A stretch of DNA of 63,614 nucleotides, filler included, from Intoshia linei (taxonomy: Eukaryota; Animalia; Orthonectida): NCBI GenBank assembly GCA_001642005.1. It is 3 parts of 3 records of this genome, joined end to end, with 100 filler letters (N's around TTAATTAATTAA, not from the genome) between each part and the next. Parts side by side here need not be neighbours in the genome. Positions count along the whole stretch, not along the records: positions 1 to 29,448 come from LWCA01000383.1; 2 more parts are not named here. One strand, 5' to 3'. The notes below the pieces were generated by a model. That model saw nothing but the letters and a program-made list of their open reading frames with translations. It searched no databases and was not told the origin of the DNA. Numbering within the stretch: position 1 is the first letter of the stretch; every line of letters begins with the position of its first letter. Position numbers and translations under genes: made by a program. This document shows, piece after piece, positions 1-14,113 of this stretch.

Positions 1-1
1 T

Positions 2-463
2 AGCCCTGACCTCAATCCAATCGAAAATTTATGGGGAATTCTTTCAAGGGATATTTACTCACACAATAAACAATATTCATCATTAAAAGATCTTAAATTA
101 TCCATTATAGCAGCATGGGGCAATATTAAACTAGATGTAATTAATAACTTTATTAAATCGATGCCAAATCGAATTTTAGAAGTTATTGAAAAAAACGGAT
201 GTTGTACCCATTATTAAAATATATAATCATTTCATTATCATTAATATTAAGCTATTTTAACTCAATTGTCCTTGACTTTTTCCAATAGAATTGTTGGAGA
301 TTTTCGTTAAATCAGATTAATTAAGTATAAGTTTTAATTAAAACTTTTTTATGTTATTAAATCGAGCAATACATTACTTGTGATTATAATATTATTTCGA
401 AATGGCAAATTTTAAGGTTTTAGAATACTTTTTGTAAATATCCCAAACTTTTTTCTAGCTGTG
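2..463 (+). mobile_element. 3' end of a Tc1/mariner (Tc1-family) transposon: transposase C-terminus plus probable right TIR
   Basis: Frame from 2 reads SPDLNPIENLWGILSRDIY...SMPNRILEVIEKNGCCTHY* (stop 215-217), with the Tc1 SPDLNPIE and terminal GxxTxY motifs. The end ...AAACTTTTTTCTAGCTGTG|TA at 463-465 looks like a Tc1 TIR plus TA target site. Confidence 0.88.
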
Positions 464-1045
464 TAGTTATATCCTGTTAATACACAAAAGAAATTTCAAT
501 CTGAGAAAGTGACGCTTTCACGTTCAAAAAAGCACTTTAATGTTCATTTTTTTTTATTTCGAAACTATTTTATTATAACAAAAAATTTGAAATAATTAAT
601 GATCCTACAATTAAAAAAAAAAATATTTTTGTGATATAGCTTATTCCAGTTGATATAAATACAATATTTCAACTCCATAAATCTACGCATTCTCGGTAAA
701 AAATAATTTTGAATATATTATTAACCAAATATTTTTGAAATGTTGGATTAAAATTAAAAATACTTATCCTACAATTAAAAAAAAGTGCATTGAACATCTA
801 CATATTTCCAATAAAGAAATCGGGGTGTAAATCTATATAATTGATTCCTTCGAATTTTTTTAATATTAATTAATATGTCACATAAATACCTAGTTTATGA
901 GATTTCTTTTTTACTTTTATCATTATTTACACATATACACGTTTACATAAATATATAGTGATAATATTTATCATTAATAATACACAATTTAATATATACA
1001 ATAATAATAAATAAATACATACTGTACTACAAATTTAATAATATA

Positions 1046-1935
1046 CAGTGCCGGTCAAAAGTCTTGGACCCCCCAACAGAATTATAGATTTTGCTGGATA
1101 GCACAAAAACTAGTAAATCGTTTTTAGAAATTTAAAAACCATTATGTAAACAAATAAATATTCTATTGAAAAATATATCACTATTTTCATGGTTACTTTC
1201 AATATTTATCTAGTTATATTATAAATTAATATTCAAATATATCATCGGTTAAAAGTCTTGAACCCTCTAACAATTTTCGTAAAAATAAGAATAAATACAA
1301 TTGAAAATCACAAGGTTTTTTTTAAATGTACATATTCTGATTATTTAATGTTATTCATTATAAATTGTATTTTATTTTAAACATTAGACATCATGATTAG
1401 GATATCATTAACAATTAGAAAGAAAATGGTTGAGCTTCACAAAGGAAGGATTTCCAAACACAAAATTGCTAGAGATCTTAAAATTTCGAGGCATTCTGTT
1501 ATCTAAATAATTAAAAAATACAATAGTATACAATCTGTTGAAGATAAGCCAAGGTCGGGCCGTCCTCCTATAATATCTATAAGAGATGAACGTCTTTTGT
1601 GCAATGAGTCTCGAAAGTTTCCTAGTAAAACTGCTTCTAATGTGAAAAGAGATTCATTGGGGTCATCTGTAACCATATCCACAGAAACAGTAAGAAGATA
1701 TCTTCGCAAAAACAACCTATTCGGAAGAATATCTGCTAAAAAACCATTATTATCGAAGCGTAATATCAAAAAAAGATTGTTGTGGTGTCGATTACATTTG
1801 GAATGGAGTGATTTGGATTGGGCCAAGGTTATATTTACCGACGAAAGCAAAATCCAACTAATATCCACCACAAAATCGTACGTAAGAAGGCCTAAATGTA
1901 AACGATTTGATTCTAAATATACTACATTGTATTTT
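1046..1935 (+). mobile_element. 5' part of a Tc1-family element (IR/DR-type end), transposase pseudogene truncated after the first catalytic D
   Basis: TA|CAGTGCCGGTCAAAAGTCTTGGACCC at 1044-1070 with an inner direct repeat CGGTTAAAAGTCTTGAACCC at about 1246. Reading frame from ATG 1393 has an in-frame TAA at 1504, then KPRSGRPP, ETVRRYL, KKPLLS and WAKVIFTDESK. Homology is lost near 1935 and no right TIR is seen. Confidence 0.9.
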
Positions 1936-3408
1936 AAACATTTTAATTTTACTAATGTAGAATTATAAAGCTTTTGAAACTCCACAAAAATTAATACCCT
2001 ATATATTAATTATAATTATAGCCATCCTATAATATTGATTTTTTTTCAAAATATTTAGATGTGTTTCTAAATTTATTATTATTTTTTTTATTACGTAATT
2101 AAATGATATAAAAATATGTATTTTTTTAGACTTAAAAGGTTGTCGATCTCATATAAGATCAATGATACTGAGTGAATTGTAAATATTTTTAAAACATAAA
2201 CAGAATTTAATGATTCATATCAATGTTGCACAGTGTGCAAATCACACAATTGTTTGTCTAAAAGTTGATTTTATAGAATATTGTGATCATAATAATATTA
2301 TGATTAAAATAAATTTGCATTGTATTTGACCTTATATTTCAAGTCACTTTGGAGGTAAACTATATTATAATTCAGCCATTAAAAAAGGAATTACTTATCA
2401 ACTATATAAAATTAACGTAGTGAAGTTAATACACGTGAATCGATAATAGACTGTTAAACTAGTGCTCTACAAGTTGTTTATAAATCTCGCAACAGTGGAT
2501 ACGCGGACAGAATTGCTTGTTTATATTTGTATGTAAATTTAATATAACTGCTTCACATGAATACTTGTGTTAAGTCTTTCGAATCTAAATAGATATATCC
2601 ATTTATTGTCTCAATCACAGCCAGTCAATTGCAAATTATTCATAAATCCATAGAAATTTTGGTAAACATCAAAACGCGTCTATTGGAATAATATCGGTAT
2701 TAGGTAGCGATTACTAATTAAATCTATAAAAATATTTTAGAAGCAAGTGATTACGGGTTCACAAAATAAATATTTTTGTACTCAGAGGTATATTTTATTA
2801 TAATTATACATTTAAAAGCTTGTAATGGTTAATAATAAGTAGCTATATTAAAATTAAGTTGACATTTCGATTTAAAACATTACCAAATAATGTACAGTGT
2901 AATCTGATTACAGGGAACTGTACATTTTGAAAGTTCTCATGTTGAATGTTAAAAAATTGCATTGAATAGGGATCACAACATAATACAGTTTATTACTTCC
3001 TAATCATATAATATGGAGAATATGACGGAATATTGTTTTTCTTAGATTTTAGTAGATGATCTATTTTAGAGTAAATACTTTAACTTTTGAAAAAAACAAT
3101 TAATAAAATAAAATATATTAAATACTTAAATTAATTATTAATAAATTCATCCTTCCAATATGACTAAGATTTATCCATAATTTTTTTGAGAAATTTCAGT
3201 TTGATTTGATTTAATATTTTTACTCCCAGAAAATTCTTTTTATTTAAAATAAAAAGTGGATGACTATTTTCTACGGTCTTACAGATAGATACACAGACTA
3301 CTACTAATTCTTTCCTTGTTTATTCTATCACAAATATTTTAATGTGTCTTATTATCCACAAAAATTTCCAGGGATGTCGAAAAAAAGTTGAAAATTGTTG
3401 GATAGTAT

Positions 3409-3796
3409 ATCCTTTATTATATAAAATTTAATGTCTGTGTGTGTTACCGTATCTTTCAAAAATTGACACTCATCGAATTAAAAAAACCCAATTTCTAATA
3501 CAGTGTTACCCAGGACGTGTTTATATCTATTTTTCAGTTTCCGAATTTGAATCCTTCAGGATCAAAAACCTAATTTTCTTTTTTTAAAAAATAAAATCAG
3601 CCCACAAATGCAATAAAATATAAATTATGGGACGCGTTTAAAATCATTAACATTCTTAATACATCTTAATATACGTCCCGAAAAAAACTGTAATTGAAAT
3701 GTGGCCTTTAAAAATTATAAGACGGGTAGTTATTTAAATAAAGTGGAACACACTCACACAAACAAAAATCACGTAGCATATTATATAAGTAAGGAT
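3409..3796. repeat. Two Helitron-like 5' ends in inverted orientation
   Basis: Left end ATCCTTTATTATATAA...GTCTGTGTGTG. The right end is the reverse complement of ATCCTTACTTATATAATATGCTACG...GTGTG, which matches the start of the 38932 copy. Confidence 0.5.
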
Positions 3797-4251
3797 TCAT
3801 AAATAAAATTTCAATTTTTTTTTCAGCAATTGCGATGTTCCCTTTTAAAAAATAAATCATATAAATATCAATTAGTGTGCATCTTCAAAAATGCAATTTT
3901 GTCGTTTCTTATATTCGGGTTAGGCTGTATAAGGTAATATTTTTAAATAGGGCAGGAAGGATATTTCATGTGTGTATAATAATGAGCGGATATCATTAAG
4001 AATGTAAATATCATGTTGAAGACCACGTATCAACTTAAGATATATATATTTTGAATAATTATTACGTTCTGAGAAATTATATATAATTTACTGTATGATA
4101 TGTATAACTTTAATTTCAAAAAATCATTGATATACAAATGATATTTAAATGTATCCCAGATATATAAAGTAATTGTAATTATTGATTCACAATCAAATTG
4201 TAATATATATTATCTTAGATAATGAAAATACAGACTGTTTAAAAAGTTTAA

Positions 4252-7200
4252 ATGACTTTTTCGGACCCAAATGGAGGAATGAAACGAGAGTCAAATCCTA
4301 CAAATTTATCGACAGACATTTCGCCGCGATATTACCAATTCGCAAATCAAAATTATCACAAGAGTTCATCTTCTGTTTACAACAATTTATCCAAAATACC
4401 AAGCCAATTTGTTCAAAATGCTGTACAAGAAAACAAACATTCCGTTTCTCTTAAAGAAATGAATCAAATAAGTTCATACGCCAAAAACTTTTCAAAACGT
4501 CAGGCATCATATGCAAAACATTCTGACAGTAATAATGAAGAGTTTACATTTCCAGCAAATTACAACAATGTTCATATAGATGCTGACGTGGAATTACTTA
4601 GACGGTTCAACAGTGCTACAGACACCGATTCAAAGTTGAAAATGCTCAGAATAGTCTGCAACTATATTCGATTACCCCTAAAGTCAAGTCTAGGTAAACA
4701 TAGTGAATACTCCCATAAATCAGATTATTTGAAGTTTCCTCGTAGATCAAAATCTTTGATGATCCGTAATTCTCCTCTGCAAAACCAACAATTAGCTATA
4801 GGAAACCTCACCTCAATGACCACATATTCGCATGAAAAGTGTTACGATCAAGATTCTTTATCAAAGAAATCATATTCAAATCCACTTTCTAATCGAGATT
4901 TGGATGAAATAACTAATTCTCTTTCTGAAATAACAATAAAAGATCGAAATCACAACAAAACTGTGAACCGATTGTTGAAAAACAAGTACCTATTTAGACT
5001 AATATCCGAATATATGAAATATGACGATATCGACGTAAAATTACAAACAATACGCTTATTACAAGAAATTATACCACTCATCAAGCGGAGTAATTCTAAC
5101 CTAGATTCCAAAATGGCGATAGTATTGCCCCAATTATTCAACGATTATTTATTGGACAAACAAACCGTATTGATTAGATCTTCTTTACAAACTATTCATA
5201 TTTACATGAGAAGCAATAATTGTATCAGTCGACTTCTGGAGTCTTTTCTTACCAAAGGAATTGAGAATGAAAACCAAATAATATCCAAAAATGTAATTGT
5301 TGGTTTACCAGTGCTGTTAACACACCAATTCAGCAACTGTAATTTGCGTCACATTGTCAAATCTTTATTAATAAAACTATACACAGTGACAAATTCGGAA
5401 TTTCCATTCGAAATTAAAGACGAATTTGTAAAATGCATCAACGTAACTCTCAATCAAATTAAAAAAATTGCTGGAACAACCCGGTATGTCAGCGAATATA
5501 TAAATGAATCTGTTGTTGGTCGAGACCTTTATAAATCCTACAAAAAATTTGTTGACGTAAACGAAAATCCCAAATCACCAAATGATGGTTTAGAAAAAAC
5601 ACTTATAATTTGTTCCAATTCACCAAATATTCAAATTGGAGAAATAAACAGTAAAAATAGTTTGGAATATGGAATTTTACCCAATGAAATACTGACTAGA
5701 CTATTTAGTGAGGACGCATCCACGCGTTATAGATTGCAAGCAGGTGAAGATTTGGTGAGTTTTGTTAACGAATATTCTGATTTGCTGAAATGCCTAAAGT
5801 ACTTTGGAAATTTAACTCAACTTTTATCAACCCTTTGTGCAGGAAACCATTGTTATATATCAATTGGATTAAGACTTATTGAGATTATCGTAAGAAGGCT
5901 TGGTTCAAAATTAAAACGCCATTTTCAGAAACTGACAAAAATAGTTTTAAGCAAAGTTGGATCAAGTAAACACCAATTAATTAAACAAAATGTAGCATCG
6001 TCTCTCGTGGAGTTGCTTAGATGTTCCCCAAAACTTGTAATGGAGGAATTGTTGTGTCTCCTATACTACGATGATTTAAAAATAAGGCAGGAATGTATAA
6101 ATCTAGTAATTATCGGGTTGTTGAGGTTTCCATCTACCCACTTCGACTTGGAAAGAATTTGTTATCACATAATACCATCACTTAATGATTCGAAACGCAA
6201 CGTACGTCAAGCCACGCTAGAGTGCATTACCATTTTAAACATGTGCATGGGAAACAGCGGTCTTATGACCATCAAAGAAAATATTAAATCGATGGGTTTT
6301 GAAACAGGGTCTGTTGTAGTAACATTAATGGAAGCAGTACACGCTAGGCTATCGAGGTATTTAAATATAAAATTAATGTTAACATTTTTTTAGAAGACAA
6401 TGTCCACGAATTAATAGTAATGGCTTAGTTGAATATGCTCTCGATATTTCTACACGAAAAGATGAAAAAATTTCTTATGCAGCTGATGTTGAATGGGTGC
6501 TTTCGGGGCCCGAATTGTTTAATAAAAATTATGAATGTGTAAGTAGTGCTTCTAATGCCACTTCAATTTATTCCACCGTAAACACAAAGTCAGTTAGCAA
6601 TTATGACTCGACAGATTGTGAATCTGTTTACTTGTCTTCTCAATCTGTTTCAAATGTGGGAGACAATGATTCTGCATATGTTTCTCCCGTAGTTCAAGCA
6701 CCTGGACCAAGAAGCTCAGCCAAAGCAATAAGTAGGTTGCCTAATGATTGGGATTTTGCTCCTACATCTGAGGTAATTATTTAAATATAAATTGATAATT
6801 AAATTTTTATTCTAGAACGAAGAACAAACCTTTTCAGAAGAAAAACTATTTAGTGACAGTGGTATCATTTATTTGAAAATTTAAACTAAATTTATAGATT
6901 CATACCACAAAAAGTTTCTCAAAAAATATCATTATATTAAAAAGAAAAATGGTTAAATTTAAAAAAAATATATAATCAAAATTTAGATGCAGAAATTAAT
7001 TATGATCTTGATCGTAAAAATATCACAATTTATTGTTAATTTTTTTTAGATGATGTTAGTTGGGCCGATGATTCATTTCACGAACCAAGTGTTGATTGGG
7101 ACAAATACAATAGCGATGCGATCAATATACTGCGTACTAACATAATTTTTTAATTATAAAATTCTAAGAATTAAGATTGTTTGGATGAAAATATTAATAT

Positions 7201-10200
7201 TGATTTCTGTCCCTATTTTTATTAACTTTTCACAAATTTTATCATCATAATTCTCGTATATGAATATTTTACAGGAATTGAAACTTTTGCTACGCTGATA
7301 GAAAAAATTAAACTAAAAAAATGACAAAAAAGTACTGAAAGTTTATATTATACATACCCGAGGCCTTGAGAATTTTCCTCCTCTTCGGCAACCTCAACGA
7401 AATTTTAGTAAAATGGGGCCGCATTTTTCCAAATTAAGCATTTTATATCAATTTTCAAGGCAAAAATTTTATTTGAAACTATTTTTATTTTATGTGGTCT
7501 CGAGCATGATAGATTTAACTCACATAGAACGTACAGGGTATTTTAAAATTTTAAAATTTTAAGTTCGTGTTAGACAATTTTACCAGGTTGCATCATGTAT
7601 TTATATCATTACAAATTTGTAAAAATTTTAGCCATTGAAACTAAATTGGATTTAAATGTAATGAAAAAAAAATCTGAAAAATCTAAAATAGTCAAATTTC
7701 ATTACAAACCCAACACATGTATTGAAGACACGTCGCTTGATGAATACAATGATGAAGTATTGGATATATTTTTATGAATTTTTTTAATTTTATAATAGAT
7801 ATTTGATTCATTACGAACGATTCGCAATAGTGCAAATAAGAAAAAAACAATATTATTTGAAAAAAATAGGGGAATGAAACAAGATGAAATAAATGATGAA
7901 ATCTTAACGATTCATGATGCAAATTCCGATTGTTTAACTTTAATGGAAAAACCATATGTGAAAACACAAACTATAGATTTTCAACCTTTGAACGGAGTTA
8001 CATTTCGCGACTCTCCGCTCTCTGGTGATGTAGCCAAAGTTAAAATTATTGGAAAAGGTTATAAAAAAACATATTTAAAAAATGTAATGACCAAAAATTC
8101 CAAATTTAAATATTGTGACAACTTTCAATTCATTCACAAGGAAAAATTGAATCATTTTAAAGGGACTGATGTAATGATATCGTCTTCTTCTAGTTCTGTG
8201 TCAACGTTAGTTGATGATAGTGAAAAAACAAACAAACCAATCGTTCGGCCAAAACTGAAAATAAATAAAAAATCTATTAAACTAATTGGTGTAAAAAATA
8301 AATTGCAGTTTGATCAGCATACTACCAAGAAAATAAATTTTGACAACACATATGACGGTTCAAAAAGTTATTTGAGTGTTAAAAATGAGAATATGAAAAA
8401 ATATAAAAGTATTATTTTTTATAATTTAAATTTATTTCTGTTATTTAGGTACTCTGGACATTAGTAAAAAAATATCAACAAAATGCAATAAATTAAACAA
8501 GAAAATCTGTACAAATTTAGCATCGTCTTCACAAGTAAACAAAGTGACTATATATAAAACAGCATCCCAATTTTACGATAACCTGGAAAAATCGTCGAGT
8601 TTCCCATTAAATATGGAAAATATTATTCGAATGAGCCCTGTTCAGGATCCTGGAGTGATGATACTTAAATCACTCGCTTTGTTGGAATCTGACGAATGGT
8701 TTCATTTATTTTATCATTTTAATCAGAATTTAGGGACAAAAAATGTAATGGAATGCAAACTATCCAACGCCTTTGTAAAAATAATCCAAAAATAATTCTA
8801 GCTAATTTATCAAAAGTGATGAGTTTATTATATCGAGAGGTTAGTGGTATTATTTTTTATATAATCTGATTTAGTCGAAAAATTTAAGATCTCAGGTATC
8901 CAGAATGTCTTTGAATACTGTTTCTTTTGTCTTTCAATCCATTGGTAGATCTATGGACAAGGTTACTTTATTGCTATATACCCTCATTTTGTAGTTCATA
9001 GACATGTCAATTGATGTCAGTCTTTCTAAGTATGGACTTACCAATCAATTTTTACGAAACGATGCTTCTCAGTGTTTAAGGATGATTATAAATCACGCTA
9101 ATCAGACCAAAGCCTCGTTGGCTCTAATCAATATTGGGTTAAGGTTATTTTTGTGTAAATTGTATGTGTTTGAATTGTCCATTTAGTCATCGAAATGGCA
9201 CAATCAGATCTGCAGCATCCTATTTTCTGGTTGAATGTATAGACATGATAGATATGGAAAAAATTATGAACTACTCTCAAACTAAACCTGGAAACCAAGA
9301 AATAGCAGAACGATTTGTTTTAGCTATCGCCAAATTCTCCACCGACACCCTACCTACCACCCGTTATAATGGGCAAAAAATTCTATTTAAAATTATGCAC
9401 AACGATGCGTTTCATAAAATTGCCAAGAAATGTCTATCTTCGAGATTGTATAGTGATATTAAAATAAAGATAGAACATTTATCCACCAAGGGCATGCCAA
9501 AAGCACCCAACGCAAACGAAATTACCATAAGATCAAATTCCTATGTAAATATAAACCAACGGTGTTCTGATACCAAACCTGATGCCACCAAATATGATTC
9601 AAGTATGCGTTTCAAAAATGGACAATTGGATTTTTCGACGACTAATTTTGCTTTATTGTCCATGTCTTATATAAAACGAAATTTGATGGATGTATACGAA
9701 ACGCATAGAAATAGTGAAGAAGCTAGACAAATTTTTTTAAATAATTGGAAGCATATTCTATTGTGTTTAACGGAAGATAATGTAATTATTAATTCTAAGG
9801 TAAAACTCGCTACTTACTTTTCGATGAATTACTTTATTCAAATTGTATTATCAGCAAATAAAGTGAAATCTCAAAAATTGCCGTGTCAGGAATATCAAGA
9901 ACCCTTTCACACTATTTTACAAAAAATTATGGCATGTGTCGTCTGCTCAATTAATTTAAATGAAGATAAACTACTCACTGATGTTCAAAAACAATCAATA
10001 AAGCTTTTAGATTTTATTCATTGTAATATAGGTAAGTTTTAAATATTTCAATTTTTATTTCATCAAAAATATACTTTTAGATAAATATTATTTCATACAT
10101 AACATTTGTATTGTATTAAAATCAGAAAATTATATAATTCAACATCCTATAGTATTTGAAAAAATAATAGGTATTAGTATTAGAATTCATTAGTTATTGA

Positions 10201-10454
10201 GTATTTTAGACAATTTAAAATCCTTAGACAAATTAAAAATGATAAGTTGTGTTGAAAATGAAGTTAAACCGATGATATTAAATGGAATAGACTATATAGT
10301 AGCTGATAAAAAAGATTTGCAAATTGGTATTTCCAATATTAAAAGTTTTACATCAAAAATTGACGAGTTAATACAAAATGATAATATACAATCTGTTAGA
10401 AATTTACTCAAGAAAAAGTATTACAACTCATACATCTTAAGTCAAATTTTATGA
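4252..10454 (+). CDS. TOGARAM1: TOG-array regulator of axonemal microtubules (crescerin/FAM179B/CHE-12 family), multi-exon
   Basis: IRQECINLVIIGLLRFPSTHFDL...PSLNDSKRNVRQATLE...AVHARLSR, spliced (37-nt intron 6357-6393) to RQCPRINSNGLVEYA...ADVEWVLSG, matches remembered FAM179B TOG2. Later exons EWDKKCNGMQTIQRL...SKNLRSQVSRMSL...NQFLRNDA...SHRNGTIRSAA...TRYNGQKIL match TOG3. Many short GT-AG introns; exon limits in 7100-7870 are uncertain. Confidence 0.9.
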
Positions 10455-10583
10455 CAGAAAATACCGAATATTGTTATATTTCCACATTGTTTAATATACA
10501 TTAGAATATAAATGTATTATTTTTTGATATACTAATAAATATATTATATATGGAACATCAATTCATGCACATTTATCAACGTA

Positions 10584-12140
10584 CAGGGTTGATCATATTA
10601 TTATAATAATTTTTTATATATTCATTTCATGGCTATATATTTTTTATTAACTAAACCACAATATTAATTTCAAGATACAAACAACTGTTAAATTATACTA
10701 CATCAAACAAAAAAGTTGAACATATTTATAATTGAAAATTGATAATTAAATCACCGTTTAAATATATGTAAAAAATTATGTATTAAAGAAATTTACACCA
10801 TGGTATAAAAAATTAAAATTCTATAATGTAGAAATGTACGAGATCAAAAGTTAAGTTTAGATATCACTTATAATACCGTTATCTATCGTGTGAAATATTT
10901 TTAAATTTAATTTAATACGGGTAAAAGGCAAGATATTCCCTTCGATACAAAGAAATATATATTGAACCTTCTACATAATTCAGATTGGAACTAAAAAAAA
11001 TTTCAGATTTATTTTGTGTGTCTCAATCGACTGTTTCATTTATAAAAAGAAAATTTACAAATGATCCGCAAAATTTTGGTTCAAATCGAAAAAGGTCTGG
11101 TAGGAAAAAGTCCATAACCGAAAGAACTGACAAAATAATTATCAAAACAGTAATTGAAAAGCGAAATTCAAGTTGTTCTGAAATCGTTACAAAACTTAAA
11201 TAACGAATTATTCATTTATCAAAAATTACATGTTAACCGTCGACTGTTGGCATCGGGGTATAGATGATATAAAAAAATTAAAAAAACCTTATATCTATAA
11301 AGATAAAACAATCCAGATTCGAATGGGCAAAAAAGTATAAAAGTTGGACTGAACACGACTGGAATAAGGTAATTAATTTATATTAAAAAAAATATATAAA
11401 TATTCACTAATTTTTAATTATATTTTAATTAATAAAATTCAAGTGAATTTATTGATTTATAGGTCATATTTTCTGACGAATCTATGATAACTGTGATGGC
11501 TGACAGATCATTAAATGTACGAATAAGGTCAAATGAAGAATTTAGACCAGATTGTATCAAAAAAACGGTTAAATTTCCATGTAAGGTTATGATTTTGGGC
11601 TATATCTGTTATGGGTCTTAGCAAAATACAGATTGTGAAAGGTAAAATGGACCAAAAAGTTTACAAGTATTTTTAAATGAAATAACTGAATGGAATACAA
11701 ATGGATGATTTGTATTCTAGTAAGATTCAGCTTCTTGCCACAAAGCTAAATTCATCACGTGCTATTTTGAGGATAGGGTATTTCTGTCCTGGAAATTCGT
11801 CAGACATGAATCGTACATTATATAAATTTTGTGGTCGAAATTAAAAGATGAGGTCCACCAGATTTAAATTACAACAAAATCTTAATTGATTGATCGCATT
11901 AATTTAAATTAATGAACTATCGAAAAGTCTTATAAATGCAATGCCTCGCAGCATTAAATCCCTAAGCAACGCTAAAGGAGGAACCACAAAATATTAAATG
12001 TATACAAATAAAGATAAATATGTATTTAAGTTAAATTTTAACTCGTAATTAAAAATTTATTTTATTTCGTCTATTTAGTAATATAATATTAACCAATCAA
12101 TTCGTAAAAATAAATTATTATAATATTATGATCAACCCTG
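10584..12140 (+). mobile_element. Full-length but decayed Tc1-family transposon with an intron-containing transposase gene
   Basis: TA-flanked ~29-bp TIRs, CAGGGTTGATCATATTATTATAATAATTT and AAATTATTATAATATTATGATCAACCCTG. Transposase pieces: RKRSGRKK, WAKKYKSWTEHDWNK / VIFSDES, DCIKKTVKFP, DSASCH, NAKGGTTKY*. Several stops and frameshifts. Confidence 0.93.
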
Positions 12141-12174
12141 TATCTATCATTACATAGTATAATATACTGTATAC

Positions 12175-12876
12175 CAGACATTCTCAACCCTTTTTCGCTG
12201 TGGACCCCAAAAAAAATTAATAATAATGACAATTTTTAATGAATGATTACATTTGAGTGAAACAAATGATGATCAAAAGACATAGAGTACTCTATTTTTG
12301 CGAGATGATAAACTTGATGAACTATAAATATTTACCTTTAACCCGTCAACGTTCCCAAAATGTAACATGTTTTCAGGTATGGTTTACAGTACATTATTAA
12401 TTGTTTACTACATATTTTATCAAATATATAAAAATTCTATATTATCTATCTTCCCTGTAAACAATTTATATTTTATTTTATATTCTTTGGTTGATGTTTC
12501 ATAGAATTATGAATATTGACTGATTTTTTATCCCATTTTCAATTTGAAATTTTAATTGAAATTTTTACAATTTTAAAGCTTTTTTTATGACTAGAAACTT
12601 GGCTTGGTCATAAATTTTAATAAAATAATTAAATAAAAACGCTGCTCTTAAAATAGAACAATGGAGGTTTACCAATAAGTTTTTACACTTGTAAGTAATT
12701 TAATTCATTACCAAAGAATTTACTTTTACATGATTTAGACGCTTTATTTAGTATTTCTGAGTGGTTATGTTTTAAAAACGACTTTATGTTACTGAAAATG
12801 TCTATAATATGTAATAAATGTATATAATTTTCATAGACCCCCAAAAAAGTGCTGTGGACCCCGTTAAGAATGGCTG
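12175..12876. mobile_element. Non-autonomous hAT (Buster/Charlie-type) element
   Basis: Ends CAGACATTCTCAAC and GTTAAGAATGGCTG. Perfect 8-bp TSD CTGTATAC at 12167-12174 and 12877-12884 (nnnTAnnn). Subterminal GTGGACCCC motif at both ends. Confidence 0.88.
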
Positions 12877-12984
12877 CTGTATACCAATATATACACTGTA
12901 TTAATATAACAATTAAAAAAAATATGGAAACTACTCTGAAACCGTTTAATTTTTTTTTTATTTTTAAAACTTATTTGTTATAAT

Positions 12985-13771
12985 TAGGGTAATTTTTTTA
13001 TTGCCTTTATAATAATAAAAAAAAAAAACTGACCTAAAATTAAATTTAGTGACTTTATCTGACCTTAAAATGCTTTTTTTGTTTTTATGGTTAATATCAA
13101 CTGAATCTACCGTACATGAAACCATCCTTTCGTAGGCCTTAAATTAAATCAATACAATATTTAATAGACCTTAATTTTAATATTCGCATTGACCCGAGCA
13201 TGATGGTGTCGGTCACTTTACACAATAAATTAATAAATAAAACTTAAAATAAGCAATATTTATAACCATATAACTGCAAATGAAACAAACGATGTAAATC
13301 TTATTGTGCGATGTTAGAGATATTGAAAATTATCAATGTTTATTGTAGTATAACATAATATATTTCTTAACATTATCTGGTAAAAATTTCCTGTTTAATT
13401 AAAAATGTTTTTAACAAACTCAAACTCCGTTCAACTCTATTTGTAGTAGATGGCTCTTTTCTTAATAGTTTGTATAATGTGGTATTTATTCATTTTTATT
13501 TTTCAAATATAGTACACTATTATAATAGTGTTTATATAATAATATTAATAATATATATTCTTTTGTGATTCAATGGTAACTCAATTTAAACTTAAAAAAA
13601 TGACCTTTTCAAAAAAAATTGAGTTATGGCATTCAAAAAAACTTACTTTATAGCATTTATTGACTTTATAAATTGTTAATTAACTAATTAATAAACATAA
13701 TATTGGTATCAGCTTTTAATTTCGTGCTGATTATCATAAAAAATGGCATTTTGTTATAGAAAACTGCCCTA
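12985..13771 (-). mobile_element. hAT deletion derivative with a transposase C-terminal remnant
   Basis: TIRs TAGGGTAATTTT and AAAACTGCCCTA. Perfect 8-bp TSD GTTATAAT at 12977-12984 and 13772-13779. Minus strand near 13420-13485 reads TLYKLLRKEPSTTNRVERSLS. Related sequence at 34550-35166 and 35400-35585. Confidence 0.85.
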
Positions 13772-14113
13772 GTTATAATATAAACTCACGGATAACGAAC
13801 ATATTAAAATTAATTTACTTTGAGATATGAAAAATCATCATTTTATTCAACATGCTTATGTCCCTTCATGATCATATATACCACAACTTGTGTCACACAA
13901 GTGATTGTATATAATATCATTAATAAAAATTATTAAACATGTATTTGTATTTCTAATAATTAAACTTTCATGTAAATATTTATAAAATCAAAGTTTGGTG
14001 TTATTTCCGAGTAGCTGAAAATGATACTGAATTTTTAAGAGATTCTGTTATATATCCTCTCTAAATAAAAACAATATAATTATATATTATAATATCAAAA
14101 GTTTTTTAAACTA

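Noticed and set aside
1503-1985. 160-aa minus-strand ORF, and similar antisense ORFs at 15141, 17741, 20744, 26827, 37258, 37848, 61689 and 62535
   Set aside because: They lie opposite recognisable genes or transposases and lack independent homology.
4182-4454. 90-aa ORF overlapping the TOGARAM1 start in another frame
   Set aside because: Non-ATG start, no recognisable motif, and I could not splice an upstream ATG into it in frame.
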